From: Verrucomicrobiota bacterium
GTDB taxonomy: Bacteria > Chlamydiota > Chlamydiia > Chlamydiales > SM23-39
DNA: 64,000 bases
Assembly (NCBI GenBank): GCA_018239895.1
Contig: JAFEGL010000003.1
Coordinates: forward strand, 289,859-353,858
Direction: 5' to 3'
Every line of letters starts with the position of its first letter. The stretch's first letter is position 1. Both the position numbers and the translations under genes were made by a program. The notes beneath the pieces were generated by a model, which was given only the letters and a program-made list of their open reading frames with translations, did not search any database and had not been told where the DNA came from. Shown piece after piece: positions 17,734 to 27,690 of the stretch.

Positions 17734-18066
17734 ATGGAATTGAGCTATTCTCAAGCGTTTTTTGATCTCTCGAACGACCCCTTTCCGAAAAGCTGTTCGT
17801 TGAGAGTTTTTTTTAGAAAGTTGCTGGCCCTTCCTTTTGCTTTCCTTTTTAAAATTTCAAAAACCTTTTTCCGCATTTTAGGCATTTGCCTCAGCGGTGC
17901 AACGATGATTCTCACGTTAGGACTTTCGGTCTCCATTAGAGAATGGTTTTTGAAACGGATGATAGAACTGGCCAAAGATTTGACCGATTGGGTCATATGG
18001 CCCTTCTCTATCCTTACCTACCTCATTAAATCGATTGTAGCTATGGCTACCGGTCGCTTTCGATAG
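17734..18066 (+). CDS. Hypothetical small membrane protein
   Basis: 110-aa ORF with hydrophobic segments. Weak support. Confidence 0.35.
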   Translation: MELSYSQAFFDLSNDPFPKSCSLRVFFRKLLALPFAFLFKISKTFFRILGICLSGATMILTLGLSVSIREWFLKRMIELAKDLTDWVIWPFSILTYLIKSIVAMATGRFR

Positions 18067-18904
18067 AATCTAGGAAATATTCGAAGAGTCTACATAGGGG
18101 CTCGATAAACACCCTTTTTCTCCAACTTTGCCATAAAGTAGGCGTTGGGTCTTGGGGGGTGGAATCTTCAATAAAGCGCCAATTTTGCATAGCAATAGCA
18201 AGAGGGCGAACTCGCTGGCTCAAAAGGGCTTTATGGATGAGATCCCCCTGAAAGAAAAGGCGTGAGTGATGAATGCGGTTTAATATTTGTTGCGGCAGCC
18301 GATCGGGAAGGGACCGAGGCATTTGCCTAGGGGCTGGCAATTGAACCGAAAGACGAGAGCCTCTTTTGAGCCTCCGATTTCCCTGGAATACTTCAAATTG
18401 ATCATAGAAGAATGAACGCGTTGTTCTGCGGAATTTAACGTAGTAGCAAAGATGCTGTCTCAGCTGCAATTCACCTGGACGGAGAATCCGCCGATTAAAT
18501 AGTCGATCATCTAATAGCCAGACGACAGAATATCCGACGGAAGCATAATCATGGATTCGAGAACGGGCCTCCGATGCTGAGAGCTGCGAGCATTGAATTT
18601 CAAAAACGATCTTGCATCTTTCCCAGCAAGCATCAGCTAGCCTTCCTATGGAAACAAAGGGTCGTTCGAGATGGATCTCCTCTTTGGCGAATAAATTTTT
18701 AATTTCAAGCTGGAGAAGAAGGTGGTCTTCGCTTTTGCTATAAAGTCGGCAGCTGGGAGAAGTTTTTACATGATAAAAGTGGCGTCGGCGCTGTCCTTGC
18801 CGGACTTGTACGGGAGAATTGCACTCCAAACACCAGTATTGACCCCTGTCCGGCGCCTCGTCTGCCGAGACTACTCCTTCAGAATCGAGCGCATAAAGTG
18901 CCAT
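18047..18904 (-). CDS. Competence protein CoiA-like nuclease family protein
   Basis: N-terminal Zn-ribbon-like YWCLECNSPVQVRQGQRRRHFYH..SPSC, then SEDHLLLQ and FEIQCSQLSASEARSRIHDYASVGYSVVWLL. This matches the CoiA family layout. Confidence 0.65.
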   Translation of the reverse strand: MALYALDSEGVVSADEAPDRGQYWCLECNSPVQVRQGQRRRHFYHVKTSPSCRLYSKSEDHLLLQLEIKNLFAKEEIHLERPFVSIGRLADACWERCKIVFEIQCSQLSASEARSRIHDYASVGYSVVWLLDDRLFNRRILRPGELQLRQHLCYYVKFRRTTRSFFYDQFEVFQGNRRLKRGSRLSVQLPAPRQMPRSLPDRLPQQILNRIHHSRLFFQGDLIHKALLSQRVRPLAIAMQNWRFIEDSTPQDPTPTLWQSWRKRVFIEPLCRLFEYFLDSIESDR

Positions 18905-18938
18905 CAGCCTTGCAAATAATTACGGAGCCTATATGATA

Positions 18939-18967
18939 TTGACAGAAAGGGGGACCCTGTCCACAAT
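18939..18967 (+). promoter_or_regulatory. Candidate sigma-70/66-type promoter upstream of rpoD (TTGACA-17 nt-CACAAT)
   Basis: Exact -35 hexamer, 17-nt spacer and a weak -10, about 90 nt upstream of the rpoD ATG. Not verified. Confidence 0.25.
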
Positions 18968-19059
18968 ATTTTCGTTTTCTTTTGCAAAATAGGCCCAAAT
19001 CGCCTTTTGCTAAAGGTTACTACAATATCCTTTTCCTTCCCAGCCCGAATTAGGAGACC

Positions 19060-20718
19060 ATGAGCGGCACTACATCATTTACGAATCCACAGCATCAACA
19101 AAAAATCGAAGAACTCGTCACTATAGCAAAAGAGCAGGGCTATCTTACCTACGAGGAGATCAACGAGATTCTCCCAATGACCTTCGATTCCCCTGAGCAG
19201 ATCGATCAAGTATTGATCTATTTGAGTGGGATGGACATCCAGGTCTTGAACCAAGCAGAGGTGGAAAGGCAAAAAGAGCGCAAGAAGGAAGCCAAAGAAC
19301 TTGAAGGGATCCCGAAAAGGACTGAGGGAACCTCCGATGACCCAGTTCGGATGTACCTAAAGGAAATGGGGTCTGTTCCTCTGCTCACCCGCGAAGAGGA
19401 AGTTGAAATTTCAAAAAGGATTGAAAAAGCCCAAATCCAAATTGAAAAAATCATCATGCGCTTCCGGTATTCGATTCGGGAAGCGATTTCAATCGCCCAC
19501 TACCTCATTTCCGGCAAGGAAAGATTTGATAAAATTATCTCTGAGAAAGAGGTGGCGGATAAGGCTCATTTCATCAACCTTTTGCCTAAATTATCTGAAT
19601 TGATGAAGGGGGAAGATGCTCTCCTCGAAACTCTGTTAGTTCAAACTCGTGACCCGAACTTCAAAAAGGAAGATCGCGGTCAGCTAATGGAAGAGATTGA
19701 AAAATGCCGAATCCGAGCTCAAGCCTACCTGAGACGGTTTTGCTGCAGACACAACATTATCGAAGATTTCGGCGAAGTTATCCTTTCAGCTTACGACCGG
19801 TTTTTATCTCTTGAAAAAGAGGTTCAGGAGCTCACGCCGCGCGCTGAAAAAAATAAGTTTGCGGCTGGGAAATTAGCCGCTGCTAAACGGAAATTATACA
19901 AGCGGGAATTGGCTGCTGGTAGAACTTTGGACGAGTTTAAAAAAGACGTTCGGATGCTCCAGCGGTGGATGGACAAGAGCCAAGAAGCCAAGCGAGAAAT
20001 GGTCGAGTCGAACTTACGCTTGGTAATCTCTATCGCAAAAAAATATACAAACCGCGGCCTCTCCTTCCTTGATTTGATCCAGGAAGGGAACATGGGCTTG
20101 ATGAAAGCCGTTGAAAAATTCGAATACCGACGCGGCTATAAGTTCTCTACCTATGCAACCTGGTGGATACGCCAAGCTGTCACACGAGCGATTGCCGACC
20201 AGGCTCGAACAATCCGTATTCCTGTCCACATGATCGAGACGATCAATAAAGTCTTGCGTGGTGCGAAAAAATTGATGATGGAAACAGGGCGCGAGCCGAC
20301 GCCAGAAGAGTTGGCTAATGAACTCGGATTGACGCCAGAGCGAGTCCGCGAAATTTATAAGATTGCGCAACACCCCATTTCGCTTCAGGCTGAAGTGGGA
20401 GATGGCGGCGAAAGTCAGTTCGGCGATTTCTTGGAAGATACTGCTATTGAATCCCCTGCCGAAGCGACTGGATACGCTATCTTAAAAGATAAAATGAACG
20501 AAGTGCTTGCGACCTTGACTGACCGCGAGCGGACCGTTCTTATCGAGCGATTTGGTTTATTAGATGGGAAACCCAAGACACTCGAAGAAGTGGGTGTACG
20601 ATTCAAAGTAACACGCGAGCGAGTCCGCCAAATCGAAGCTAAGGCTCTTCGCAAAATGCGCCATCCAACTCGAGCCAAACAGCTGCAGGCATTCCTCGAC
20701 CTTCTTGAGGGCGAGTAA
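19060..20718 (+). CDS. rpoD: RNA polymerase primary sigma factor (sigma-70/sigma-66)
   Basis: Region 2 [27 protein letters not shown] and region 4.2 [25 protein letters not shown] lies upstream of the ATG. Confidence 0.95.
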   Translation: MSGTTSFTNPQHQQKIEELVTIAKEQGYLTYEEINEILPMTFDSPEQIDQVLIYLSGMDIQVLNQAEVERQKERKKEAKELEGIPKRTEGTSDDPVRMYLKEMGSVPLLTREEEVEISKRIEKAQIQIEKIIMRFRYSIREAISIAHYLISGKERFDKIISEKEVADKAHFINLLPKLSELMKGEDALLETLLVQTRDPNFKKEDRGQLMEEIEKCRIRAQAYLRRFCCRHNIIEDFGEVILSAYDRFLSLEKEVQELTPRAEKNKFAAGKLAAAKRKLYKRELAAGRTLDEFKKDVRMLQRWMDKSQEAKREMVESNLRLVISIAKKYTNRGLSFLDLIQEGNMGLMKAVEKFEYRRGYKFSTYATWWIRQAVTRAIADQARTIRIPVHMIETINKVLRGAKKLMMETGREPTPEELANELGLTPERVREIYKIAQHPISLQAEVGDGGESQFGDFLEDTAIESPAEATGYAILKDKMNEVLATLTDRERTVLIERFGLLDGKPKTLEEVGVRFKVTRERVRQIEAKALRKMRHPTRAKQLQAFLDLLEGE

Positions 20719-20726
20719 AAACCTCA

Positions 20727-20745
20727 ATGTAAAGCGGCTTTACAT
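20727..20745. repeat. Palindromic element copy 3 (ATGTAAAGCGGCTTTACAT), starts 9 nt after the rpoD stop codon
   Basis: Read directly. Perfect 19-nt palindrome. Confidence 0.95.
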
Positions 20746-20832
20746 CTTCTCGGTAAAGCCCTTTTTAAAATATTTTGCCTCCTAGGGGATACTTCCTGTA
20801 GAAGGGAATGTGAATCAAATTGAGGCAGTTCT

Positions 20833-21078
20833 GTGAATCTCAAGCAAATTTTTGGACTTGCTCTACTTGCTATTGGAGTTGTCCTATTTATTTTTTCATC
20901 CCACTCTTTTCGTGAATTAAAAGAAGGCAAGACTCAGCCTGATGAAAAATTCTATATTGGGTCCGTTGAGACAGCGATTACGGAATACCATCGACAGGTG
21001 ACCTGGCTGATGGTTGGCGGGGTCATTCTGTCTTTAGTAGGGATTGGGATAACTGTTCTTTATAGAAGGAAAAGGTAG
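20833..21078 (+). CDS. Hypothetical small membrane protein (two TM segments, basic C-terminus)
   Basis: 81-aa ORF with a GTG start and two clear hydrophobic helices. Confidence 0.45.
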   Translation: MNLKQIFGLALLAIGVVLFIFSSHSFRELKEGKTQPDEKFYIGSVETAITEYHRQVTWLMVGGVILSLVGIGITVLYRRKR

Positions 21079-21081
21079 ATT

Positions 21082-21154
21082 TGGAGCGTATCGGAGTCGA
21101 ACCGATGGCCTCAACAATGCCATTGTTGCGCTCTACCAACTGAGCTAACGCCCC
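21082..21154 (-). tRNA. tRNA-Ala (anticodon GGC)
   Basis: Reverse complement is GGGGCGTTAGCTCAGTTGGTAGAGCGCAACAATGGCATTGTTGAGGCCATCGGTTCGACTCCGATACGCTCCA. It folds as a cloverleaf with a G3:U70 pair, anticodon loop AT-GGC-AT and a GGTTCGA T-loop. CCA is not encoded. Confidence 0.9.
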
Positions 21155-21264
21155 TCTTAGAAGGACACGATTCTAGAGGTAAATGGTATTTTACATCAAG
21201 CATTGGTTTGTCAGTTAATTTCTTTACAGAGTAGACTGAATCCTATGATATTTGTGAGCAAATC

Positions 21265-22401
21265 GTGATCCATCGGTTCTCTTCATTCGTCACTTTAGGA
21301 CTGATTCTTCTCGTTCTCCTGAGTTTGCCGAAACAAGCTTCCGATAACGTCCGCTCATTTGCGGTAGCCTCGCTAACGCCGGCTTGGAAGATAGCAGACC
21401 AGATTAAGGTATATCTCGCTGATAGACCCCTCTTTTGGACTAGTTCTCCCAAATCTTCGAACGAGATGCTCCAACTGCAATTGGAAGTCTTGAGCTTGAA
21501 ATCTCAATTGGAGGCTCAAAATGATTGGCGAACATGGCATAATCATATTGAGGAGGAGCTCTTAAATTTAAAGCAGTGGAAAAAAGATTCAAACGAAGAG
21601 TTTTTCTACCGTAGATTTGAAGAAATGAACGAATTGATCCAGCGGCAGTATTTTGCTGTCCTGGCCCCAGTGATCTATCGGGATCCAAGCTCATGGAGCA
21701 GCAGCCTTTGGATTCAGGTAGGTGAAAAGGACAATCAGATCCTTGGCCGAACGGTCGTTGGAAAGAATAGTCCTGTAGTTTTAGGCTCTTCATTAGTAGG
21801 GGTTGTGGAATTCGTTGGCGCTAAACAATCGAGAGTTCGACTCATTACCGATTCGGGGTTGATTCTATCTGTCAGAGCTGCTCGAGGAAAAATGCAAGAT
21901 TCTGAGATATCTGCCTTAGCTCGCGCATTGCAAGATCGAATTAGCCCTCGATTTGATCTATCCATGTCATTTGAGGAGAAGGATCAAATTCTTTCAGCTC
22001 TCTCCCACCTTCAGAGTTCGTTAGGCAAAGAGGATGGATATTATGCGAAGGGGCAGCTTCAAGGGAGCTCTGTTCCGTTCTGGAGAGCGCGGGGGCTCTT
22101 ATTGAAAGGAGTTGGATTTAACTACGATTTCCCTGATCGAGAAGGTCCAGCGCGAGAGTTGAGAACAGGGCGTCCTGTCGGTTCAAATGGGCCTGAAATC
22201 CAGATCATAAAAGAAGGGGATTTTCTTTTGACTTCAGGGTTGGATGGTGTATTTCCCCCTGGGCTTAAAGCTGGGATTGTGACCTCTGTAGGCTCTTTAA
22301 ATGAAGGGGGATATTCTTATGAAATTGAAGCGCGTCCTGCCGCCGCTAATTTGAATGATTTTCGGACTGTCTTTGTATTGCCACCTATGACTTCAGAGTA
22401 G
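21265..22401 (+). CDS. mreC: Rod shape-determining protein MreC
   Basis: N-terminal TM, a coiled-coil segment, then VVGKNSPVVLGSSLVGVVEFVGAKQSRVRLITD and GLDGVFPPGLKAGIV. Confidence 0.8.
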   Translation: MIHRFSSFVTLGLILLVLLSLPKQASDNVRSFAVASLTPAWKIADQIKVYLADRPLFWTSSPKSSNEMLQLQLEVLSLKSQLEAQNDWRTWHNHIEEELLNLKQWKKDSNEEFFYRRFEEMNELIQRQYFAVLAPVIYRDPSSWSSSLWIQVGEKDNQILGRTVVGKNSPVVLGSSLVGVVEFVGAKQSRVRLITDSGLILSVRAARGKMQDSEISALARALQDRISPRFDLSMSFEEKDQILSALSHLQSSLGKEDGYYAKGQLQGSSVPFWRARGLLLKGVGFNYDFPDREGPARELRTGRPVGSNGPEIQIIKEGDFLLTSGLDGVFPPGLKAGIVTSVGSLNEGGYSYEIEARPAAANLNDFRTVFVLPPMTSE

Positions 22402-23356
22402 TGTGGAAGGCCTTTTGAAGTAGAGACTTTCTTTCTTTGGAGAAATTGGTATTTTCATCCTCGATCTGTCTGAAGATATTTTTAAATTTAGAGAGAGTTG
22501 TTCCACATTGTCGAAGAGGTCCTGGCTTTACATGGGGACTGTCCAAGAAAAACAGCGGTTTGTCAAAGATCAGAAAATCGTATCCAATCGATGAGGTATC
22601 TCCGAGATAGGCATCGACTCTGGAAAGGATTGGATAAACGGGGGGAAATTCTGAGACGAGGGCTGTATTTTCTTTATTTTCGATCTTTGCGGCTAAAGAG
22701 TAATAGCGGCTTGGCTGCTGAATTTCTAGCAACGGGTGAACCTTGACGATGAGATTCCATGAAGAAGGGAGCTGATCAATTAGAGAAGGTCCCCAATCGA
22801 AAAATGAACTTCCTCCTTCAGCATCAGCCCAAGTAGGAGCGTAAAGGAGGGTTGGTTGGGGTTTGAGATTAGAAAAGATTTCTTGGTTCGCTATATGGTC
22901 ATAAAAGCTTTTATAGCGGCGGTAAAAATCGAATCGATAGTTGCCTGTAACAGCCCAAATATTTGGCTCGATTCCGAGTTTGCCTAACATTTCGAGGTGC
23001 AGATCTCCATAGATGAGGACGGCATCCTGGCTGGCATACGATGCCAGAGGAGTTATTTTATCAGAAAAGCCGTGGGGGCAAAATACAAGGCGCATATTTT
23101 TTCGATAGAAGTCTAGAAACAATTGCTTAAGATGGGGCGCCCATTTCTTGCATTCTAAAAGAACATCAAATTCGAGCAGGGACTCCAAGTGGAGGACGTC
23201 GAATGATCGGATCTCTAGTTGAGGATAGTAGCGGCGAGCTAAATCGATATTTTTCTCCTCTTCGATGAATAAAGGCGCCTTAAATTGTTCCGCTAAGGGG
23301 GCGATATGATCGAGAAGGTGGATGTCTGGTCCAGTATTTAGTGCGGCGTATTTCAT
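22385..23356 (-). CDS. CDP-glycerol glycerophosphotransferase family protein (TagB/TagF-like), paralog B
   Basis: LLYAPTWAD, VKVHPLL and YLGDTSSIGYDFLIFDKPLFFL. These are signature blocks of the Glyphos_transf family. Confidence 0.75.
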   Translation of the reverse strand: MKYAALNTGPDIHLLDHIAPLAEQFKAPLFIEEEKNIDLARRYYPQLEIRSFDVLHLESLLEFDVLLECKKWAPHLKQLFLDFYRKNMRLVFCPHGFSDKITPLASYASQDAVLIYGDLHLEMLGKLGIEPNIWAVTGNYRFDFYRRYKSFYDHIANQEIFSNLKPQPTLLYAPTWADAEGGSSFFDWGPSLIDQLPSSWNLIVKVHPLLEIQQPSRYYSLAAKIENKENTALVSEFPPVYPILSRVDAYLGDTSSIGYDFLIFDKPLFFLDSPHVKPGPLRQCGTTLSKFKNIFRQIEDENTNFSKERKSLLQKAFHTTLKS

Positions 23357-24327
23357 GAATCGAAGGTGTATTGATATATTTCTTGGCGGATGGAGAAAAA
23401 GCGAGCGGCATCTTCTGAGTGGGTTTTCTCATCAATTGAGAAGAGGTTAGCATAGTCTTCAGGGAGAAGCTCGAGTCCGCATCTAAATAAATAGAGGCCT
23501 TCGTCCATTTTCGGATCTCGCTTTTGGGAATTCAGGAAATACATGGGGCGGTTTCGAGATAGAAAATCGTAGCCGATCGATGACATATCGCCAATGTATC
23601 CATCACAAAGCTCAAGAAGAGGATAAATAGGGGGGAAGTCTGAAACCCAGAGAATATTTTTGTTCTGATACTTGCCGATGAGGCGTTCAATTTCAGGTTC
23701 AGAAGTTTTTTGTGTATTGGGATGGAGTTTTACAAGCAGCGTATAGTGGCTAGGAAGGGATTCGGCCAAGATGGGAAAGGCTTGCCAAAAAGAGGAGTTA
23801 TTTTCTGAGTCATTCCAAGTCGGCGCGTAGAGGAGAGTTCTATGTGTTGAATTAAATCGATTTTGGACGAGGTTTTGGTAGAATGAGCGGTGTTTTTGGT
23901 AGTACGCGAGACGAAAATTTCCTATCCGTTCTATTTTCAAATCGGATCGAACAACTTTCTTTTTCTCCATAAAATCGATCATCTTTTGACCGTATACAAG
24001 CACTGTTTGTTCTTGAGATAGGGCTTCAAAAAAGGGGCTTTTCCAGCCTTTGTCCGAATTCCCATGGGGAAGCCAAAGGGTCTTAAGTTTTTTTTGGGGA
24101 AATGCACATAAAAGATAGGGTCTAGTCTCACATGTGACAAGGGTTGAAGGCAGTTTGAGGTTGTCCCAAGCCATTTCGATCACTTCCAGGTCGGGATAAA
24201 ATTCCCGAGCCAAGGATGCAATCGAGTCTTCGCAAACAATCAGAGGCCACTTTCGAAGTGCGCAAAAGGGAGCTAGGTGGTCGAGATAATGGCGCGAATC
24301 GTCAAAAATTAATCCGGCAATCTTCAT
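23353..24327 (-). CDS. CDP-glycerol glycerophosphotransferase family protein (TagB/TagF-like), paralog A
   Basis: LLYAPTWND, VKLHPNT and YIGDMSSIGYDFLSRNRPMYFL. Joined to paralog B by an ATGA overlap. Confidence 0.75.
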   Translation of the reverse strand: MKIAGLIFDDSRHYLDHLAPFCALRKWPLIVCEDSIASLAREFYPDLEVIEMAWDNLKLPSTLVTCETRPYLLCAFPQKKLKTLWLPHGNSDKGWKSPFFEALSQEQTVLVYGQKMIDFMEKKKVVRSDLKIERIGNFRLAYYQKHRSFYQNLVQNRFNSTHRTLLYAPTWNDSENNSSFWQAFPILAESLPSHYTLLVKLHPNTQKTSEPEIERLIGKYQNKNILWVSDFPPIYPLLELCDGYIGDMSSIGYDFLSRNRPMYFLNSQKRDPKMDEGLYLFRCGLELLPEDYANLFSIDEKTHSEDAARFFSIRQEIYQYTFDS

Positions 24328-24371
24328 CTCAATCTCCCAATCTGCAATAATCGCAGAGCGAGGTCTTTGAC

Positions 24372-25391
24372 GTGAAGGAAAATCAAAAGTTACACGCTTG
24401 GTTTTTGGCTCATAAGAGGGATTTCCCTTGGCGCCAGGAAAAAACCCCTTATCGTGTGTGGATTTCGGAGATTATGCTCCAACAGACCCGCGCAAGCGTG
24501 GTGGTCCCCTATTTCCAAAGGTGGATGGCGCTTTTTCCCACGGTCAAAGCGCTGGCTGCAGCTTCCCAAGATTTAGTTTTAAAAGCTTGGGAGGGGTTGG
24601 GTTACTACTCGAGGGCGAGGAACCTGCACGCGGCTGCGCAACAAATTGTGAGTGATTATGAGGGGGAAATTCCAGACTCGGCTGAAAAATTGGCCTCTAT
24701 TCGGGGGATTGGCCCTTATACTGTGGGCGCAATCTTGAGTTTTGGCTTTCAAAAAAGGGCCGCAGCTGTCGACGGGAATGTAGCTCGAGTTATGACCCGC
24801 TACTTTCTTGTTGAGGAAGACATTAGCAAGGCTAAAGTCAAAAGGAAAATCGCGGAGCTAGCTGAAAATTTTTTAGATCATAAGGAACCTTGGGTTACTG
24901 CAGAGGCCTTGATCGAGCTCGGAGCTTCCCTTTGTAGCCCCAAGCCTAGGTGCGAGGACTGTCCCTTACAAAGCGGCTGCCAAGGGCTTAAAGCTGGGAA
25001 GATGGAAAGCCTGCCAATTAAGCCTGTACCGCCTATGGTTACAGAACTAATTAGATCTGTTTTCATCATTGAAGCAGAAGGAGCCGTTTTGGTCAGAAAG
25101 GGAGAGTCGGGAAAAGTGATGGCTGATCTTTATGAGTTTCCTTATTTTGAACAGGATGAAGGGGCTGCTCATAAGATCCTCAAGGATAGATGGGGCATAG
25201 AAGGCAATCTGAAGAAATTGGGAGCTGTAAAGCACTCATTCACTCGGTTTTCAGCGACCCTTTTTCCATATAAGATCTCAATAGAGTCGCGAAGGTTGGT
25301 GCCTGGCTATATTTGGGTGGAAGTCGAACGTTTAACTCAGATCCCGTTCTCCTCGGGACATAGGAAAATTCTACACAATTGGTTGAAATGA
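24372..25391 (+). CDS. mutY: A/G-specific adenine DNA glycosylase MutY
   Basis: FPWRQ..PYRVWISEIMLQQT, HhH IRGIGPYTVGAI, VDGNVARV, the Fe-S cluster CSPKPRCEDCPLQSGC, and a C-terminal NUDIX-like domain. Confidence 0.9.
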   Translation: MKENQKLHAWFLAHKRDFPWRQEKTPYRVWISEIMLQQTRASVVVPYFQRWMALFPTVKALAAASQDLVLKAWEGLGYYSRARNLHAAAQQIVSDYEGEIPDSAEKLASIRGIGPYTVGAILSFGFQKRAAAVDGNVARVMTRYFLVEEDISKAKVKRKIAELAENFLDHKEPWVTAEALIELGASLCSPKPRCEDCPLQSGCQGLKAGKMESLPIKPVPPMVTELIRSVFIIEAEGAVLVRKGESGKVMADLYEFPYFEQDEGAAHKILKDRWGIEGNLKKLGAVKHSFTRFSATLFPYKISIESRRLVPGYIWVEVERLTQIPFSSGHRKILHNWLK

Positions 25392-26479
25392 ATATTCTTC
25401 ATTTAGAGGCCTCTTCCGGATGGGGCGGTCAAGAAATGCGCATCCTTCGGGAATCTCAAGGGATGCGTCAAAACGGATGTCAGGTCATTCTAGGTGTCAT
25501 GAAGAAAGGGTTGCTCGTAGAGAAAGCGAGGCAGGCTGGCTTTACAGTCTACGAATTAGATTTTTACAAACGAGGTTGGATCGCCACTTTTGTCCGCCTA
25601 CTGCAGATTATCCGGAGGCATAAGATCGATCTAGTAAACACCCACTCCTCCTTAGACAGCTGGATTGGAGGAGTCGCCGCCAGGATGTGCCAAGCTAAAG
25701 TTGTTAGGACAAGGCATCTGTCGGGAACTATCAAGCCGGGTTGGAACAGCAAACTTCTTTACGGCAGTCTTGCCGATTTTGTCGTAACGACTTGCGAATC
25801 GATTATTCCGATGATTTGCACCCAATCTGGCAAACCCCGAGATCTCTGTTTATCCGTGGCGACAGGGGTCGATCCAGAGAAAATCGTTTATCAAGAAGAA
25901 GATAGAGTTCGATTTAGAGAGAGTTTAAAGGTTCGGAAGGACCAAATTTTGGTTGGAACCGCTTGCTTTATGCGGTCGTGGAAAGGGATTGAGGATTTTT
26001 TGCGAGCCGCAGACCAGTTGAGAGAAAACGATAAGATCCGATGGGTGATCATAGGAGGCGGCCATGCTGAGACGTATATGCGGAAGGCGAAAGACCTAAA
26101 TTTGGACGGGATTGTCTCTTTTACCGGTCATTTGGAGAATCCCTTTCCCGCTTTGGCAGCGTTGGACGTCTTTGCTCTCCTCAGTACGGCAAATGAGGGG
26201 GTTTCTCAAGCGATTCTTCAGGCTGCCTACTTAGGCAAGCCATTGGTAGCCACTGGAACGGGTGGGCTTGGAGAAGTATGCATCCACGGAACATCGGGGA
26301 TGAGAGTCGATCCTTTCTCGCCGAGCCAAGTTGCAAACGCTGTTTGCAAGCTAGCCGCCAATTCTTCTCTGAGGAGTTCGCTTGGAGAAGCGGCCAAGGA
26401 TCTAGTGATGAGGAAGTTCACTTGGAAAGAGACTCTTCTACAGATGGAATGCGTGTACAAAAAAGTTTTATCGCTTTGA
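25388..26479 (+). CDS. Glycosyltransferase family 4 (RfaG-like)
   Basis: N-terminal SSGWGGQE and the C-terminal EGVSQAILQAAYLGKPLVATGTGGLGE (E-x7-E type). The ATG at 25388 overlaps the mutY TGA as ATGA. Confidence 0.8.
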   Translation: MNILHLEASSGWGGQEMRILRESQGMRQNGCQVILGVMKKGLLVEKARQAGFTVYELDFYKRGWIATFVRLLQIIRRHKIDLVNTHSSLDSWIGGVAARMCQAKVVRTRHLSGTIKPGWNSKLLYGSLADFVVTTCESIIPMICTQSGKPRDLCLSVATGVDPEKIVYQEEDRVRFRESLKVRKDQILVGTACFMRSWKGIEDFLRAADQLRENDKIRWVIIGGGHAETYMRKAKDLNLDGIVSFTGHLENPFPALAALDVFALLSTANEGVSQAILQAAYLGKPLVATGTGGLGEVCIHGTSGMRVDPFSPSQVANAVCKLAANSSLRSSLGEAAKDLVMRKFTWKETLLQMECVYKKVLSL

Positions 26480-26555
26480 TGTTTAATTATTTGAAACTCT
26501 CGTTGTGTGGAAATCCTCGCCCTTTTAGAATTTCCTTCTAAAAGGTTTGGTCTAT

Positions 26556-27227
26556 ATGGAAATCGATGACATCTGGGTAAAGATTGGCGTTTATAAGAAG
26601 GAGATATGGATCGGGGGTGCTTCCTTGTTGGCCGTAGGAGCTCTCGTGTTCGGTTTAGGCAGTGGTCCGACATATCGAGAATATCTCAATACGGAGCTGG
26701 CTTTTGCTAAATGGGAGGCCTCGCCAGGAAACTCAGAGCTATTTCAAGAGTTAAGCCGGGTTTTGAAAAAGACTCCAGAACTGAAAGACAAGTACGACGC
26801 CCGAATTGCTCAAAAACTGATTGAGGCGAACCTATCAGATAAGGCCCTGCCGTATGCCGAACGGGTTATTGCGCGGCTTCAGGAGGAAAGTCCCCTGCAT
26901 GCTTTGTTTGTTGAGACTACTCTTATGATCGAAAAGAAAGCATTTCAGGAGGCGCTGGAAAGCGCGATGAGCTTGAAAGAGAAAATAGGAACCGATGACT
27001 CAGTGCTTTACGCGCATAATCTTTTGAGGATTGCCTTTCTTCAACAGGCTTTGGAAAATGGACCAGGTGAAATGGCGGCCTGGAGAGATTTTGAAGATTT
27101 TCTTGAGTGGAAAAATGGCCCCTCGGAGTCGATTCTTTCCCAAGAAATGATTCAATCATATCAAGATCGGGACGTCGATTTGGCACATTACATTGCCTAT
27201 CGAAAGGTCTCTTTGAGCCAGGGGTAG
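26556..27227 (+). CDS. Hypothetical membrane-anchored helical-repeat protein (YfgM-like architecture)
   Basis: Short N-terminus, one TM (GASLLAVGALVFGLG) and a helical TPR-like remainder. An alternative TTG start lies at 26547. Confidence 0.4.
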   Translation: MEIDDIWVKIGVYKKEIWIGGASLLAVGALVFGLGSGPTYREYLNTELAFAKWEASPGNSELFQELSRVLKKTPELKDKYDARIAQKLIEANLSDKALPYAERVIARLQEESPLHALFVETTLMIEKKAFQEALESAMSLKEKIGTDDSVLYAHNLLRIAFLQQALENGPGEMAAWRDFEDFLEWKNGPSESILSQEMIQSYQDRDVDLAHYIAYRKVSLSQG

Positions 27228-27240
27228 AGGCGCCTCCCCC

Positions 27241-27690
27241 CTAGTCGTGTTCTTCATCATTCTTGTGGCGAGATGAGTGAGTTGGGTGTATCCCGGCGGT
27301 AGCTTGAGCATGGCGGACATAATAGTGATAAGATGTCCCCGCTAAGAGACCTAGGATCCCAAATAGAATGAAGGGAATGAAAATCCCAATGATGATTTTT
27401 ACCCCGCCAAGGATCATCTGAGTTGACTTTTCTTGCTTGAAAGTGAATCCGTATAGCTGTTTTAGCCCTTTTTCAGTAGGTGCAGGGAAGAAAATTCCAA
27501 GAAGGACTCCTAGCGCTGTAAAAAGGATGGTCATCTTGGGTCCAGTGAAAAAATCCCAAGCGCTAGAGATGGCTCCTACGATAATGGCCAAAGCAGTGAA
27601 GACTTCAGTTGTATGCTTTCGAGCAAAGTCCTCCAGCTCTTGAACCGATACGCCTTCTTTGAGCTTTTCGCTAAGTTTGTTTTTGTTCAT
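27241..27690 (-). CDS. Hypothetical membrane protein
   Basis: 149-aa ORF with 3-4 hydrophobic helices. No motif recognised. Confidence 0.45.
   Translation of the reverse strand: MNKNKLSEKLKEGVSVQELEDFARKHTTEVFTALAIIVGAISSAWDFFTGPKMTILFTALGVLLGIFFPAPTEKGLKQLYGFTFKQEKSTQMILGGVKIIIGIFIPFILFGILGLLAGTSYHYYVRHAQATAGIHPTHSSRHKNDEEHD

Noticed and set aside
20724-20930. 68-aa minus-strand ORF ending ..CKAALH, and similar ORFs at 55562..55774 and 55678..55989
   Set aside because: They read through or lie next to the palindromic element. The CKAAL peptide of 20724..20930 and 55562..55774 is simply the other open frame of the palindrome. They also overlap better-supported genes on the opposite strand.
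21082-21264. Possible integrated element next to tRNA-Ala
   Set aside because: No integrase, no direct repeat of the tRNA 3' end and no compositional break were seen. The flanking genes are a small membrane protein and mreC, which are ordinary.
27229-27238. 10-bp palindrome GAGGCGCCTC between convergent genes
   Set aside because: It is a single short palindrome occurring once, which is consistent with chance, and no supporting structure extends from it.
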